Below, in pieces: positions 19,901-29,231 of a DNA stretch of 64,000 nt. A program made the position numbers and the translations under genes. The DNA is from Candidatus Bathyarchaeia archaeon. Its GTDB lineage: Archaea > Thermoproteota > Bathyarchaeia > Bathyarchaeales > DTEX01. Location of the stretch: contig JAWCEH010000003.1 in NCBI GenBank assembly GCA_038859955.1, positions 36,667 through 100,666 on the forward strand, read 5' to 3'. The notes beneath the pieces were generated by a model. It was not told the origin of the DNA. It searched no databases and was given only the letters and a program-made list of their open reading frames with translations. Within the stretch, counting starts at the first letter, position 1. Every line of letters starts with the position of its first letter.

Positions 19901-21539
19901 AGTTACGATAACTCCCCAATTGATAAGCGGTGTTCAAAGTACAGCTATGCCATCAAGCTTCTCTGGCATAATAGTTAGGGCAACGCCTTGGACTCCCCTA
20001 AATGAGGGAACATATTTCATATTAAAGTCCAGTTACAGTGATGTAGCCGACGTTGTTCCAAGAAGCTTTTTCTATCCTCCGCCTCAGCCGCCGCGCGTAA
20101 CTGTTGGGGCTGCACTGCCATATATTGTATTCTCTCCGAAGATGGAAACCCAGGTATATGGTATGTTAGTCTTATCCCATGAAGAACCCAAAGTCTCAAA
20201 TATTGACGAGCTTCTTGTATTAACAAATCCACCCGGCCGCTGGTTCCTTAAAGATGACATCTTCGCCGTGATATTACCGGATAAAGTAGCTCAAAGTTTA
20301 TCTAAAGAGTTGGGTAGAGATATAGTACCAGGTTCGAAGTTAAACTTATGGGGTTTAACTTTAACGGTTGTAGGACTAGTTGACTCTGAAAAACTTGACG
20401 TCTTCTATAATCCTGACGGAGAAAAAATAACCCCCATAGATCCATCTTCACCAACGACCGCTGTAACCCCTAACCACTTTTACTCAACTAACGTAATCAT
20501 TATCCCCTATTCTCTATTCTCAAGACTGGTTTATCCAACACCATTATCAATGATAGTTATTAAACCTGCTAATAAAACCGTAGAAAATCTTCTACTTAAG
20601 GAGCTCCCATTCCAGACATCCTATCGAATTTACATAGCTGAAAAAGGCGAAGTAGGCTATTACCTGCTCCAGAGACAATGGTTAGGGATGCTTGGATATC
20701 AGTACCTATTAATTCCAATGGCAATAGTCGCGTTTACGATATTAAACTTAATGTTAGGTTTAGTCTACGAAAGAACAAGGGAGATTGCTATTTATAATGC
20801 TATAGGTATGTCGCCACTCCATATATCGCTAAGTTTTATCGTTGAAGCTATTTCACATGCATTACCAGCCATATTTGCAGGCTACCTCGCGGGGATAATC
20901 GTAACTGCAATACTAATAATTCTAGGAGTATATCCGCAGGATTTATACCCCAACTTCTCATCTTACACGGCTCTAATAGCTCTTTTAATAGGCTTTGCTG
21001 TCACTTCTCTTTCAGCGGTTTATCCATCATTATTGGCGGCTAAGCTCGCGGTTCCATCCCGTGTACGTAGATGGCAAAAATCGGTAGCTAAACCTAAAGG
21101 AGACATATGGGAGTTAACGATACCAATAGTCGTTAATACAAAAGAGGAAGTTCTCGGCATCTTCCAGTTTATAAAAGAGTATCTTAGCTTCTCAATGGAG
21201 AGAGAAAGCCTCTTTGCAGCTGAAAAAGTAAGCGTCGAAGAAATCGAAAAAGATGGAGGAGCATTAGAATTGAGACTAACCGCTGACTGCAGAGTGGCCC
21301 CCTATGACTTGGGCATAAAGAGCGACATTATTATAGATGCTGAAAGACTGGACAAGGATTCACCGTTCCTATTCAAGTTAGTTATCCGGAGAACAGCGGG
21401 TTATGCCACGACATGGAGGACCTCATGCCCATACGTTGCGGATGAAGTTAGAAAGCAAATCTTAATATGGAGAACAATATCCTCGGAAGAGAGAAGGAGG
21501 TATATTGAGCTTGCAAGAAGAACAGAGTTCTCAGGATAA
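16974..21539 (+). CDS. M28-peptidase-like (PA insert) ectodomain fused to FtsX/MacB-type permease
   Basis: N-terminal hydrophobic segment; SRFTGYPG, NIVG, SAYYDS, GATD.LGVAELLEIAR, YHTSDD; C-terminal GIENMKKRKFRTLLT and VYERTREIAIYNAIG FtsX motifs with several TM helices. Confidence 0.8.
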   Translation: MVWLRKSFHESGVVIIILLLLVAASSIPIGKVSTAELNVSQGVEVPTTPRGFNIVINNINMTNIMEHVKFLSSKSRFTGYPGFFEAAQYIESKFKEYGLQPYGENGTYFEYFDITVPIDHGSSISLGDDKVITAYMLYPNYINPCPYASPEEGDTLIYLGKGEYKDFKGLDIRGKFVLMDFSSRWNFYQAIIGGAKGVIFVPEDPELIIRTEAEQKEVLIPILFPRLYVRFDDGGEELIKLAKEKGSEGVKVHINANMSWESIRVPNIVGYIKGKDDVLSKQIIVISAYYDSWSIVPALSYGATDSLGVAELLEIARFLSTHTPKRSVLIVALAGHYQGLWGAREFVEKRFPHLQSEIIAFAGMDLSSGSTQIGVYATGSAYPYQRPDILYNTRYSWLVNQFFQQYLMEMRMVLGTSYGENFVDGILGSHPPYIGTVRPYEPRVYGYFGQVGATSYPYYYSFTYLFDSDPFVLAVYGCGFTYHTSDDVRLYQRTPADTWEKVNFENLHHQIMFIHCTLWGLLNESSLRLTPTKSRFSDDWGYVTLTIKVSEYNLLTSWYDPFNSTRHPESWNDVIVVYYTGGGTGASGINIVTKINKNGEAIIHGLKPYQTGFVDAFVVDRKTGKITWATDLGVWQAPGGKSVPLTSHPHEKIISIFPCASISVIYAFNPSDFRLIRGVIINHATAHGLMIRQNAISSDMFYMAFVMPDTPTEIILTMGERLPVAVLNDADPSNPNGKGYILKQGDMLIFGPNEIIRNMRTIVLNRYNKLYGYYTYTPTTQLFYSFVSKYLSLWDSSYEKNEVNKLLGYGYFAWTFLLGLYGSVMDLTWQVILSLSVIFTITIPFALIAERLIFGFQGKKRFLAIVILAFVSNLIFSFFHPGFIIANSSPLVLVSNCLLIILAPLILLVINETQSSIKSLREKVRGGAHFTEISRSGLFASSMSMGIENMKKRKFRTLLTLLSLVLLVFGMVSLSSVTITPQLISGVQSTAMPSSFSGIIVRATPWTPLNEGTYFILKSSYSDVADVVPRSFFYPPPQPPRVTVGAALPYIVFSPKMETQVYGMLVLSHEEPKVSNIDELLVLTNPPGRWFLKDDIFAVILPDKVAQSLSKELGRDIVPGSKLNLWGLTLTVVGLVDSEKLDVFYNPDGEKITPIDPSSPTTAVTPNHFYSTNVIIIPYSLFSRLVYPTPLSMIVIKPANKTVENLLLKELPFQTSYRIYIAEKGEVGYYLLQRQWLGMLGYQYLLIPMAIVAFTILNLMLGLVYERTREIAIYNAIGMSPLHISLSFIVEAISHALPAIFAGYLAGIIVTAILIILGVYPQDLYPNFSSYTALIALLIGFAVTSLSAVYPSLLAAKLAVPSRVRRWQKSVAKPKGDIWELTIPIVVNTKEEVLGIFQFIKEYLSFSMERESLFAAEKVSVEEIEKDGGALELRLTADCRVAPYDLGIKSDIIIDAERLDKDSPFLFKLVIRRTAGYATTWRTSCPYVADEVRKQILIWRTISSEERRRYIELARRTEFSG

Positions 21540-23523
21540 AGGAGAGCCCAAGTTTAAAAATAATTATCAAGGCGAAGAAACATTTAGGGCCCCTCAAAAA
21601 GCCCTAACATGGAGGGTATATTTAGCTTTCCTTTTTGCCACCTTTCTTATCCAGCCAGCCTTCATATATTATAATTTAATTACTAACCAAACCCTTCCTC
21701 TAGCTACATGGATTCCAATACTATTATGGACGGAACTAGCAAACCTCCTTAGATCAAGGCTATATAAACAGGAGATTTTCCTGCTAGTTGCCTTCCAGTC
21801 AATATCGCTTGCATACGCTTTTTTCGCCATCAACTTGGTTAGAAATGTCTATTATTCTTATAGTGAACCAGCAATATACTTTGGCATAGTTGAGTACATT
21901 CCAAGATGGTTCGTTCCGAGAGGGCAAGATTTGATGGAGATTCTAAATAGCTCCTTCTTCTTTCTTCATGCATCTTGGCTCATCCCAATAGGTCTGCAGA
22001 TATTAGTTCTTCTACTAGGCTTAGTAACAGAACTTGTAATCGGCTACTTAAGTTATCAAGTATTTGTCGTAAGTGAGAAACTTGAGTTCCCAGCGGCTAG
22101 GGCACAGGTCGCAACTGTGGAAACGTTAGTTGAAAGAAGCCCTAGCCTAATAAGGCCTCTTTTTCTTTCGGCGCTCGCCGGAATGATTGTTCATTTAGTT
22201 GGAAAATTCTTACCTTTCATGATTGGGCCATTCGCAGTCGGCGGACTGACAATATACACTTATACAATGCCATACTTTGACATAACACCATACTTAGATA
22301 ATATACTCCCTGGAGCCGCCTTCATTATACCTCTCGACCCGGTTTTTTATGTTCCGGGCTTCCTTCTCCCAATTAGAACAGCTCTAATACAATTTATTGG
22401 CGCATTTGCCCTTTATTTTATCGGCGGACGCATAGTCACAATGCTTAATTTATGGCCTCCTGAAAGCCAGTGGACTACGGGATGGGGCTATTGGGCGCTA
22501 CAATATAGGTCACTTCTATATTTCTTCGTTAGCTTCATAATAGGTTTAAGCTTTGCAGCTATGATAGTCCCCTTAGCGTTAAATCCTAAACCGCTAACCC
22601 GAGGTGTTCAGGCTCTAAGAAAATCTATGGGAGCTAGGAAGGGCCTATTTTCGCCTAAAATGCTATTGACCACTTATATTGGTACATCGCTTGGTCTAGT
22701 CGCAATAATCTGGGCATTAACTGGCTTTGAGTTTCCAGTCTGGATACTCTTGTTGTTTGTTGTCGGAGGAACCTTCTTCGCGAATTATATCGCAACAGCC
22801 TCGGCTGGTGTAACTTTTCTCGGAATGAATATACCCTATTTAAGAGAGTTCGCGATATATTACAGCGGTTACACAAAAAGAGACATATGGTTTGCGCCTC
22901 TACCTCTTTCAATATCCGGATCAATAGGATACATAGGTCCAGCCTCAACAATAATGGGAGTCCCAATAGGCGGCTCAACGTTTGCTCAAGGCTTGCTTCA
23001 AGCTGATCTACTTGGGGTTAGACATGGTGAATATATTAAGGCGTTCCTCATACTGCTAGCCTTAACGATATTTAGCAGCTTCTTTTACACAATAATATTC
23101 TGGTTTGTTGCTCGCATACCATCAAGCGCTTACCCAGCAACAGTAGTCGGATGGCCGGTTGACGCTCTTAATTGGGCTAGAATGCAAGTCTGGGTTTGGT
23201 CGGGTTACCTTTTCAATTCAACATGGATTATACTTGGCTTAGGTATAGGCTCGGCGATAGCCGCTGTTAGCAGTTTTCTTAAGATTCCATACTTTCTGCC
23301 AATAATGATTTCTGGTGCCCTTTGGGGAATACCATTCGTTTTTGCTCAGTTAATTGCATCAATAATAGGCGAGAAGTTTATTGGGCCCTCATTTGGTTTC
23401 ACAAACTGGATGCGCTATAGGCCACTAATAGTTATGGGATATACAATTGGTGACGGGTTAATGGAAACAATTAGGGCCATAGCTATCTTAGCAACAAAAT
23501 CCGGCTGGCTTCTTCCATTCTAA
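21505..23523 (+). CDS. OPT-superfamily-like membrane transporter
   Basis: About 16 TM segments; EKLEFPAA loop motif; overlaps the upstream gene end. Confidence 0.65.
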   Translation: MSLQEEQSSQDKGEPKFKNNYQGEETFRAPQKALTWRVYLAFLFATFLIQPAFIYYNLITNQTLPLATWIPILLWTELANLLRSRLYKQEIFLLVAFQSISLAYAFFAINLVRNVYYSYSEPAIYFGIVEYIPRWFVPRGQDLMEILNSSFFFLHASWLIPIGLQILVLLLGLVTELVIGYLSYQVFVVSEKLEFPAARAQVATVETLVERSPSLIRPLFLSALAGMIVHLVGKFLPFMIGPFAVGGLTIYTYTMPYFDITPYLDNILPGAAFIIPLDPVFYVPGFLLPIRTALIQFIGAFALYFIGGRIVTMLNLWPPESQWTTGWGYWALQYRSLLYFFVSFIIGLSFAAMIVPLALNPKPLTRGVQALRKSMGARKGLFSPKMLLTTYIGTSLGLVAIIWALTGFEFPVWILLLFVVGGTFFANYIATASAGVTFLGMNIPYLREFAIYYSGYTKRDIWFAPLPLSISGSIGYIGPASTIMGVPIGGSTFAQGLLQADLLGVRHGEYIKAFLILLALTIFSSFFYTIIFWFVARIPSSAYPATVVGWPVDALNWARMQVWVWSGYLFNSTWIILGLGIGSAIAAVSSFLKIPYFLPIMISGALWGIPFVFAQLIASIIGEKFIGPSFGFTNWMRYRPLIVMGYTIGDGLMETIRAIAILATKSGWLLPF

Positions 23524-23755
23524 AAAGATTATCCTTTGTTCATTGAGCCCCTCTGGAGCGAACGCTAAAAAGCATACGCGGGCAAAGGTTATGTTGCTAT
23601 GAAACCCAATAGATACTCCAATGGAAAGGCTATTTTCCTTTATACATTTCACTAAAGTGGCATTAAATAATAAAAACTTCTTCACCTATAATCTGACGGC
23701 GTGCTAAAATGCTAGAGTAAATCTTATATTTTTAACGGAAACAATTATATCTGGG

Positions 23756-25789
23756 GTGCCGCGCTTGGGGGAAAAAGTTGCTAGCGAGGTTGTGGCCCCA
23801 CGTATATCCACAAAAACATGGATATACGTTATAGTTTACATGGCTATACTAACAGCAGTGATAACTCTTGAGACCCACTTCCTTCCAGCAGCATGGGGTA
23901 CTGGAGGAATAAACATCGGCCCGTCTGGACTTTTGCTTGCAGCAATAGGTCTGCCTTACGTTTTTTCATTCATAATGCTTTTGCTAATACAGTCTATGGG
24001 TATAAGAGTTGAAAGATCCACCTTCGCCCTATTTTACATAGCAACCGGGGTTGCTACCTGGTTCTCTGTCTTTAAGGGCTTCTACACAACTCCAGGCTCA
24101 CTCTTCAACATCCGCGTCTCAACAGCCGAGGTCCACGGATACGCACTACCATACTTCTGGATGCCATCAGCAGACGCAGTAAGAGGCTCATACTACAGAG
24201 GAAGCCTACACAACCTACTCGTAACATACGCCAGCGAATGGACACCAGTAATACTAAACTACATATACTGGTACATAGTGGCTATACTCTTCTTTATGGG
24301 CTGGGCTATAATCCTACGAAGACTATGGATAGACATAGAAGTACTACCATTCCCACACGCACAAGGCTGGGTGATTGGCGAGCTTGCCCTAACCGCCCAA
24401 GAGAAGAAGCCTAGCCGAGGGAGAAAAGTCTTTCTTATCTGTGGGATCCTAGGGTTAATATTCTATATTCCATATATGATATACTCCGCCTACCCAGGCC
24501 TACCAGACTTCTACGGCTGGCTAAAAGGCGCCTACTTCACAACATGGTCCACTGGGCACTACGAGCTCACACACGCCTTTCCATCGATAGCAAATTCTAT
24601 ATCAAATATGGTTGGCATCTCAACTGATCCTCTACGTTACGCGTACTTCTTCATAATTCCCTTAGATAGCCTACTATCTATGACTGTGGCAATATTCGGG
24701 GTTACAATAATACTACCTCAAATCTTAAGCTACTTCGGATACTACAGCGGATTATACGAGTACACATCTTGGTGCGGGTGGACAAAGTGGGGTATGATAT
24801 ACTACGGTGATCCATTGCACATAAAAGACTTCCAGCAGGGAATGATAGTTGGGATTCTAATATTTATGATCTTGATAAACTGGAAATACTTCGCGACAAC
24901 AATTAAACAAGCATTTACTCGACAAACTCCGGCAACCGAAGTTTCATATTCTTTAGGCTACATCTTCATAATAGTGGGCGCAATAGGGTTAATAGCGCTC
25001 TTCATAGCTTCAGGCGTTGAATTTGTGGATGCCGTGGTTGGTCTGCTGATAATATTCATGATTACAGTAGTTCTAGCAAGAATAAGATCCTATGCAGCGC
25101 ACATTTTACACGTTACGGGTGAAGGATACTTCAAGCCTCTTTGGGGTCCAACAATGCCTGCTGCACCTGAATTCCCAGCGGGAAAACTATTCATTGGAAC
25201 ACATGTTTGTAGATGGGGTGTTGGAACAGATACCTATGGACCCTATTACGTTTCGTTAATGGGTACTATGGACTACTTTAAGGTTGGTAGTATGGCTGGT
25301 TTGCATCCAAAACAGACATTCAAACTATGCCTAATAGGCGCAGTAATAGGCGCAATAATAGTAATACCACTAACATTCATAATATGGCACGCATTCGGAT
25401 TCATGGAGATGCCAGTAGCAAAAGAATGGGACTACTTCTGGGAAGGGGACGCTGGAACCTATAATGGAGTGCTTGGAATAAACTCGATTCACGGAGTTGC
25501 AGGAATAATATTTGCGGGCATACTTGCGCTTCTCAGAGCAAGATATATCTGGTGGCCGATAGAGCCATTAGGCTTCACACTGGGCTTGGATGTATGGATG
25601 CCTTGGTCTGGCACATTCGTTCCGCTGATAGTTTGGGTCGTCAAATACATAGTGATCAAGGTTGGTGGAAGAGAACTTTATGAAGAGATCGGTGTTCCCG
25701 CAGCTTTCGGAATAATAGCCGGAGAAATGCTGGGCATAATTTGCGTTAGCGCAATAAACATTATAAGATTCGTGATCTTCGGGGCCTAA
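23756..25789 (+). CDS. OPT/YSL-like transporter (DUF6785/DUF6784-type)
   Basis: Many TM segments; RRLWIDIEVLPFP, WWPIEPLG, K..VIKVGG.ELYE...P.AFG motifs. Confidence 0.7.
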   Translation: MPRLGEKVASEVVAPRISTKTWIYVIVYMAILTAVITLETHFLPAAWGTGGINIGPSGLLLAAIGLPYVFSFIMLLLIQSMGIRVERSTFALFYIATGVATWFSVFKGFYTTPGSLFNIRVSTAEVHGYALPYFWMPSADAVRGSYYRGSLHNLLVTYASEWTPVILNYIYWYIVAILFFMGWAIILRRLWIDIEVLPFPHAQGWVIGELALTAQEKKPSRGRKVFLICGILGLIFYIPYMIYSAYPGLPDFYGWLKGAYFTTWSTGHYELTHAFPSIANSISNMVGISTDPLRYAYFFIIPLDSLLSMTVAIFGVTIILPQILSYFGYYSGLYEYTSWCGWTKWGMIYYGDPLHIKDFQQGMIVGILIFMILINWKYFATTIKQAFTRQTPATEVSYSLGYIFIIVGAIGLIALFIASGVEFVDAVVGLLIIFMITVVLARIRSYAAHILHVTGEGYFKPLWGPTMPAAPEFPAGKLFIGTHVCRWGVGTDTYGPYYVSLMGTMDYFKVGSMAGLHPKQTFKLCLIGAVIGAIIVIPLTFIIWHAFGFMEMPVAKEWDYFWEGDAGTYNGVLGINSIHGVAGIIFAGILALLRARYIWWPIEPLGFTLGLDVWMPWSGTFVPLIVWVVKYIVIKVGGRELYEEIGVPAAFGIIAGEMLGIICVSAINIIRFVIFGA

Positions 25790-25946
25790 AGTGCTAATTT
25801 TCCCTTTTATTTTTTAATCCAGTCTTAAAATGAGTTCTTTGGTATATTGTTGGAGAAATCTTTTTAATGGCAGTATTATAATTAAAAAATAAATCATTAT
25901 ATAAAGACTGCTTCATTTGCATCATTAAAGGGAGGTTTATCGCTAT

Positions 25947-27965
25947 ATGGGCGTTCCATATTTCTTAAAGTTTGGTGTAGATTATTACCCAGAACATTGG
26001 CCTAAGGAGAGATGGCCTAAAGATGCAGAATTGATGGCTGAGCTCGACTTTAACGTTGTGCGTCTCGCAGAGTTCTCGTGGAGTAAGATTGAGCCCAGAG
26101 AGGGCGAATATCATTATGAGTGGCTTAATGAGGCAATAGAAATTCTCTCTAGAAGGGGTATAAAGGCGATAATCGGGACCCCGACAGCGGCACCGCCACC
26201 CTGGCTCATCAGAAAACATCCGAATGTGCTTCGCATAGATCACAATGGCGTTAGAAGCCCAGCGGGAACAAGACGTAACTATTGCCCAAACAATCCAAAC
26301 TATATTATGCATACGAAAAGAATCGTTGAGAAAATGGCTCTTCACTTTAAAGATAATCCCAATGTTATCGGTTGGCAGATTGATAATGAATTCGGAATTG
26401 ACCCCTGTTACTGTGATAACTGCATTGAGGCGTTTAGAGACTGGCTTAAGGAGAAATACAAGTCTCTAGAAAACCTCAACAAGTCATGTGGCTTCATATT
26501 CTGGAGTCAAGAGTATGGAGATTGGGATGAAATTTATCCACCCAGACCGCCCTTAGATATGCAGAACCCTAGTCTATGCTTAAACTGGCATAGATTTATG
26601 AACGACTCGTGGGTAAAATACCAGCAAATCCAAGTTGATGTAATTCGGAGGATTGCCCCACATCATATAATAACACATAATTTTATGGGCTTGTATAAGG
26701 AGTTAGATTACTTCAAGCTTGCTAAACCTCTCGACATAGTCTCCTTCGATTATTACCCAAGGTGGGGTTCAAGCGTTGATTACGCTAGGTCGGCTATGGC
26801 GCATGACGTTATGCGCAGTATGAAAAAGAAACCATACTGGATTATGGAGCTTCAGAGTGGTGCAGTTAAAGTTCATACGGCTCCCATTCCTCTTCCCGGC
26901 GAGATAAGACTATGGACGCTTCAATCCATTGCTAGGGGGGCCGATGGAATATTATACTTTAGGTGGAGATCTTGCAGGTTTGGCGCAGAGGAATACTGGC
27001 ATGGCATACTTGATCACGATGGCATTCCCAGACGAAGATTCTCTGAGGTTAAGAGAGTTTCCGAGGATCTGAGAAAAATTGCACCATACATTGAGGGAAC
27101 AAATGTTAAGCCAGAGGTCGCGTTTGCGCTTGCTTACGATAACATTTGGGCTTGGGACCTTGAGGTTGGCTATGGTGGAAAGAATTATTATGGTTTAAGC
27201 TCTTGGGATCCAGTTCTAGACTTTTATAGAATTTTGTATTCAAGGAATCTGCCAGCGGACTTTGCTGATCCATCCGAAGAGGATTTATTTAGATATAAGG
27301 TTGTTTTTGTTCCCTCATTAATGCTGGTAACCAAGTTAATTGAGGATAGGCTGAGATCTTACGTTAAAAATGGCGGTGTTTTGATCGCAACACCGAGAAC
27401 TGGTGCAAAAGACTGGAATAACGTTATAACCGAGTTAACATTGCCTGGCAGCTTATCAGACGTGTTTGGCATGACAATTGAGGAATACACTGGTTTACCA
27501 GATAATGGGGAAATAAGCGTGGAAACAGTTGAACAGATCTTCGGAGATAAGTTTTCAGGTAAAGGTCGATGCTGGGCTGAGGCACTGCTACCTAAAGAGG
27601 CTGAAGTTTTAGCCTACTATAATACAGGTATCTACGACAGGAAGCCAGCGGTCACAATAAACAAGTATGGAAAGGGAATGGCAATATATGTTGGAACTTT
27701 TCCAGACGAAAAGTTCTATTCAGCACTTGTAGACTGGCTAATTAAGAAGGCAGAGATTAAGCCCATATTATCTCCAGTCGAGGGTCTTGAGGCTGTTGAG
27801 AGAGTTGGCTCAGAGAGTAAGGTCACGTTTGCCCTAAATCACCGTGAAAGCGCCATACAAATTTTCTTGGAAGAAGAGTATCAAGAGATCCTGTCAGGTG
27901 AGAACTTAAAAGGTCAAGTTAAGATTAACGGTCTAGATGTAAAAATCCTCAAACCATCGAGCTGA
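25947..27965 (+). CDS. GH42 beta-galactosidase
   Basis: GVDYYPEHW, acid/base WQIDNEF, CYCDNC Zn site, nucleophile WIMELQ; RBS GGAGGT. Confidence 0.93.
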   Translation: MGVPYFLKFGVDYYPEHWPKERWPKDAELMAELDFNVVRLAEFSWSKIEPREGEYHYEWLNEAIEILSRRGIKAIIGTPTAAPPPWLIRKHPNVLRIDHNGVRSPAGTRRNYCPNNPNYIMHTKRIVEKMALHFKDNPNVIGWQIDNEFGIDPCYCDNCIEAFRDWLKEKYKSLENLNKSCGFIFWSQEYGDWDEIYPPRPPLDMQNPSLCLNWHRFMNDSWVKYQQIQVDVIRRIAPHHIITHNFMGLYKELDYFKLAKPLDIVSFDYYPRWGSSVDYARSAMAHDVMRSMKKKPYWIMELQSGAVKVHTAPIPLPGEIRLWTLQSIARGADGILYFRWRSCRFGAEEYWHGILDHDGIPRRRFSEVKRVSEDLRKIAPYIEGTNVKPEVAFALAYDNIWAWDLEVGYGGKNYYGLSSWDPVLDFYRILYSRNLPADFADPSEEDLFRYKVVFVPSLMLVTKLIEDRLRSYVKNGGVLIATPRTGAKDWNNVITELTLPGSLSDVFGMTIEEYTGLPDNGEISVETVEQIFGDKFSGKGRCWAEALLPKEAEVLAYYNTGIYDRKPAVTINKYGKGMAIYVGTFPDEKFYSALVDWLIKKAEIKPILSPVEGLEAVERVGSESKVTFALNHRESAIQIFLEEEYQEILSGENLKGQVKINGLDVKILKPSS

Positions 27966-27987
27966 AACCCTAACTATGATGCTTTTA

Positions 27988-28515
27988 TTATTTTGAAAAA
28001 TAAATTTCCCCTTTTATAATTTTGTTTTCTGGAACATTCAGTTCTCTTGAAAGTATTCTCTTTATCTCTAAAGCATCTAAACTCGTTTGAAATCTTACTG
28101 GTACTCCACACTGTAAACTTTCCATCCTCGTAGGCACCATCTCCCTGTACTCGTATATGATATTCCCTTGAAGCGCTTTTACACTTAATGCCCCATTCTG
28201 GTGAAATGTAACTAACTCTGCTCCAATACATGCCTCCTTAAAGTCACTCCAGTTTTCACATATAACGCTCACTGGTGCTCTTGCTGCTTTTATCGCTTTC
28301 TCAGCTTCGATTGCTTTAGGTGCTTTTTCAGGTTCTGCAGCTTTTCTCTCAGCTTCCGCCTCTGGAGAAGTCTCCGTTATGGTTGCTGGCAATCCAACAA
28401 CAATCTCTTCAAGTCTTTCTATAAGTGCGTCTAGGTTCTTTTCATGCTCCCTTAACACGTTAATTACGAAGTCCAGAGCGTTCATTTTCTCTGAATCGGA
28501 CATCTCATACACCAT
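27988..28515 (-). CDS. Hypothetical protein: N-terminal coiled coil, A/E/K/P-rich linker, globular C-terminus
   Basis: ORF composition; heptad-like LDFVINVLREHEKNLDALIERLE. Confidence 0.65.
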   Translation of the reverse strand: MVYEMSDSEKMNALDFVINVLREHEKNLDALIERLEEIVVGLPATITETSPEAEAERKAAEPEKAPKAIEAEKAIKAARAPVSVICENWSDFKEACIGAELVTFHQNGALSVKALQGNIIYEYREMVPTRMESLQCGVPVRFQTSLDALEIKRILSRELNVPENKIIKGEIYFSK

Positions 28516-28926
28516 TTTAGCTAATGCTCAGCTGTTTTATAAAATGTTTGTGAAATAAAAGAAAGAAACATTTTTTCATTTCTAATTTATATATCGCGAA
28601 AATCGTTATACAATCCTTCTTATTTCTTTCTAACTTATTTTCTTAACTTCTAAACTATTATAGTGATTAATTGACAATCTATAATAATTCCCCTCACACC
28701 TAGTCAGTCACTTTAGTACGGTATGATAAGAGGTTTTCGTTGGCATTAATACCTACAATCTTAATCACGCATAAAGGCGGATTCCTCCTCTCTGCGGAAA
28801 GTTATGTAGAATATTTCTGCTCACTTAAACGCTTGATAAAGGCCTAAGGGGGTCCTAGAGAGCCAAAAAGTATTTATCATTAATGGTGGTCAATTTTTAG
28901 CAAAAGTGAATGGGAGTGTTTTAGTC

Positions 28927-29121
28927 TTGCCGACAGAGATCTTCAACGTGGAAAAGTTCATAGAATTATCTGAGAAGGCAAGATACTGTGCGATAAAGAG
29001 GCTAAAAGATGCCGTTAAACTGAAGTTGAGAACTCCAAAAATGCTCTATACGCTAAAGGTCGACCCAGCTAAGGCTGAGGAAGTAATAAAGCAAATTAGG
29101 TGTGAGATAAGAGAAGTATAA
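28927..29121 (+). CDS. rpl38e: 50S ribosomal protein eL38
   Basis: From TTG 28927: MPTEIFNVEKFIEL...KLKLRTPKMLYTLKV, the L38e signature. Confidence 0.85.
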   Translation: MPTEIFNVEKFIELSEKARYCAIKRLKDAVKLKLRTPKMLYTLKVDPAKAEEVIKQIRCEIREV

Positions 29122-29231
29122 TTGTCGTGTTATTTTCTCCACGCATAAAAAATCCATACAGATTGTAAACACTTAAGCGTGTAAACACCATAAACTCTTA
29201 TTGTTAGGGTCCCTCTAATGGGAGTGAACAA

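Noticed and set aside
23488-23685. 65-aa minus-strand ORF between the two OPT-like genes, considered as a peptide substrate or accessory gene
   Set aside because: Wrong strand, overlaps the upstream gene end, no RBS or recognisable motif
23756-25789. Diversity-generating retroelement as the cause of the codon mosaic
   Set aside because: No reverse transcriptase and no TR/VR repeat pair differing at adenines in the window
28560-28900. Long intergenic region checked for C/D-box sRNA or other ncRNA
   Set aside because: No paired RTGATGA/CTGA boxes or stable GC-rich structure found
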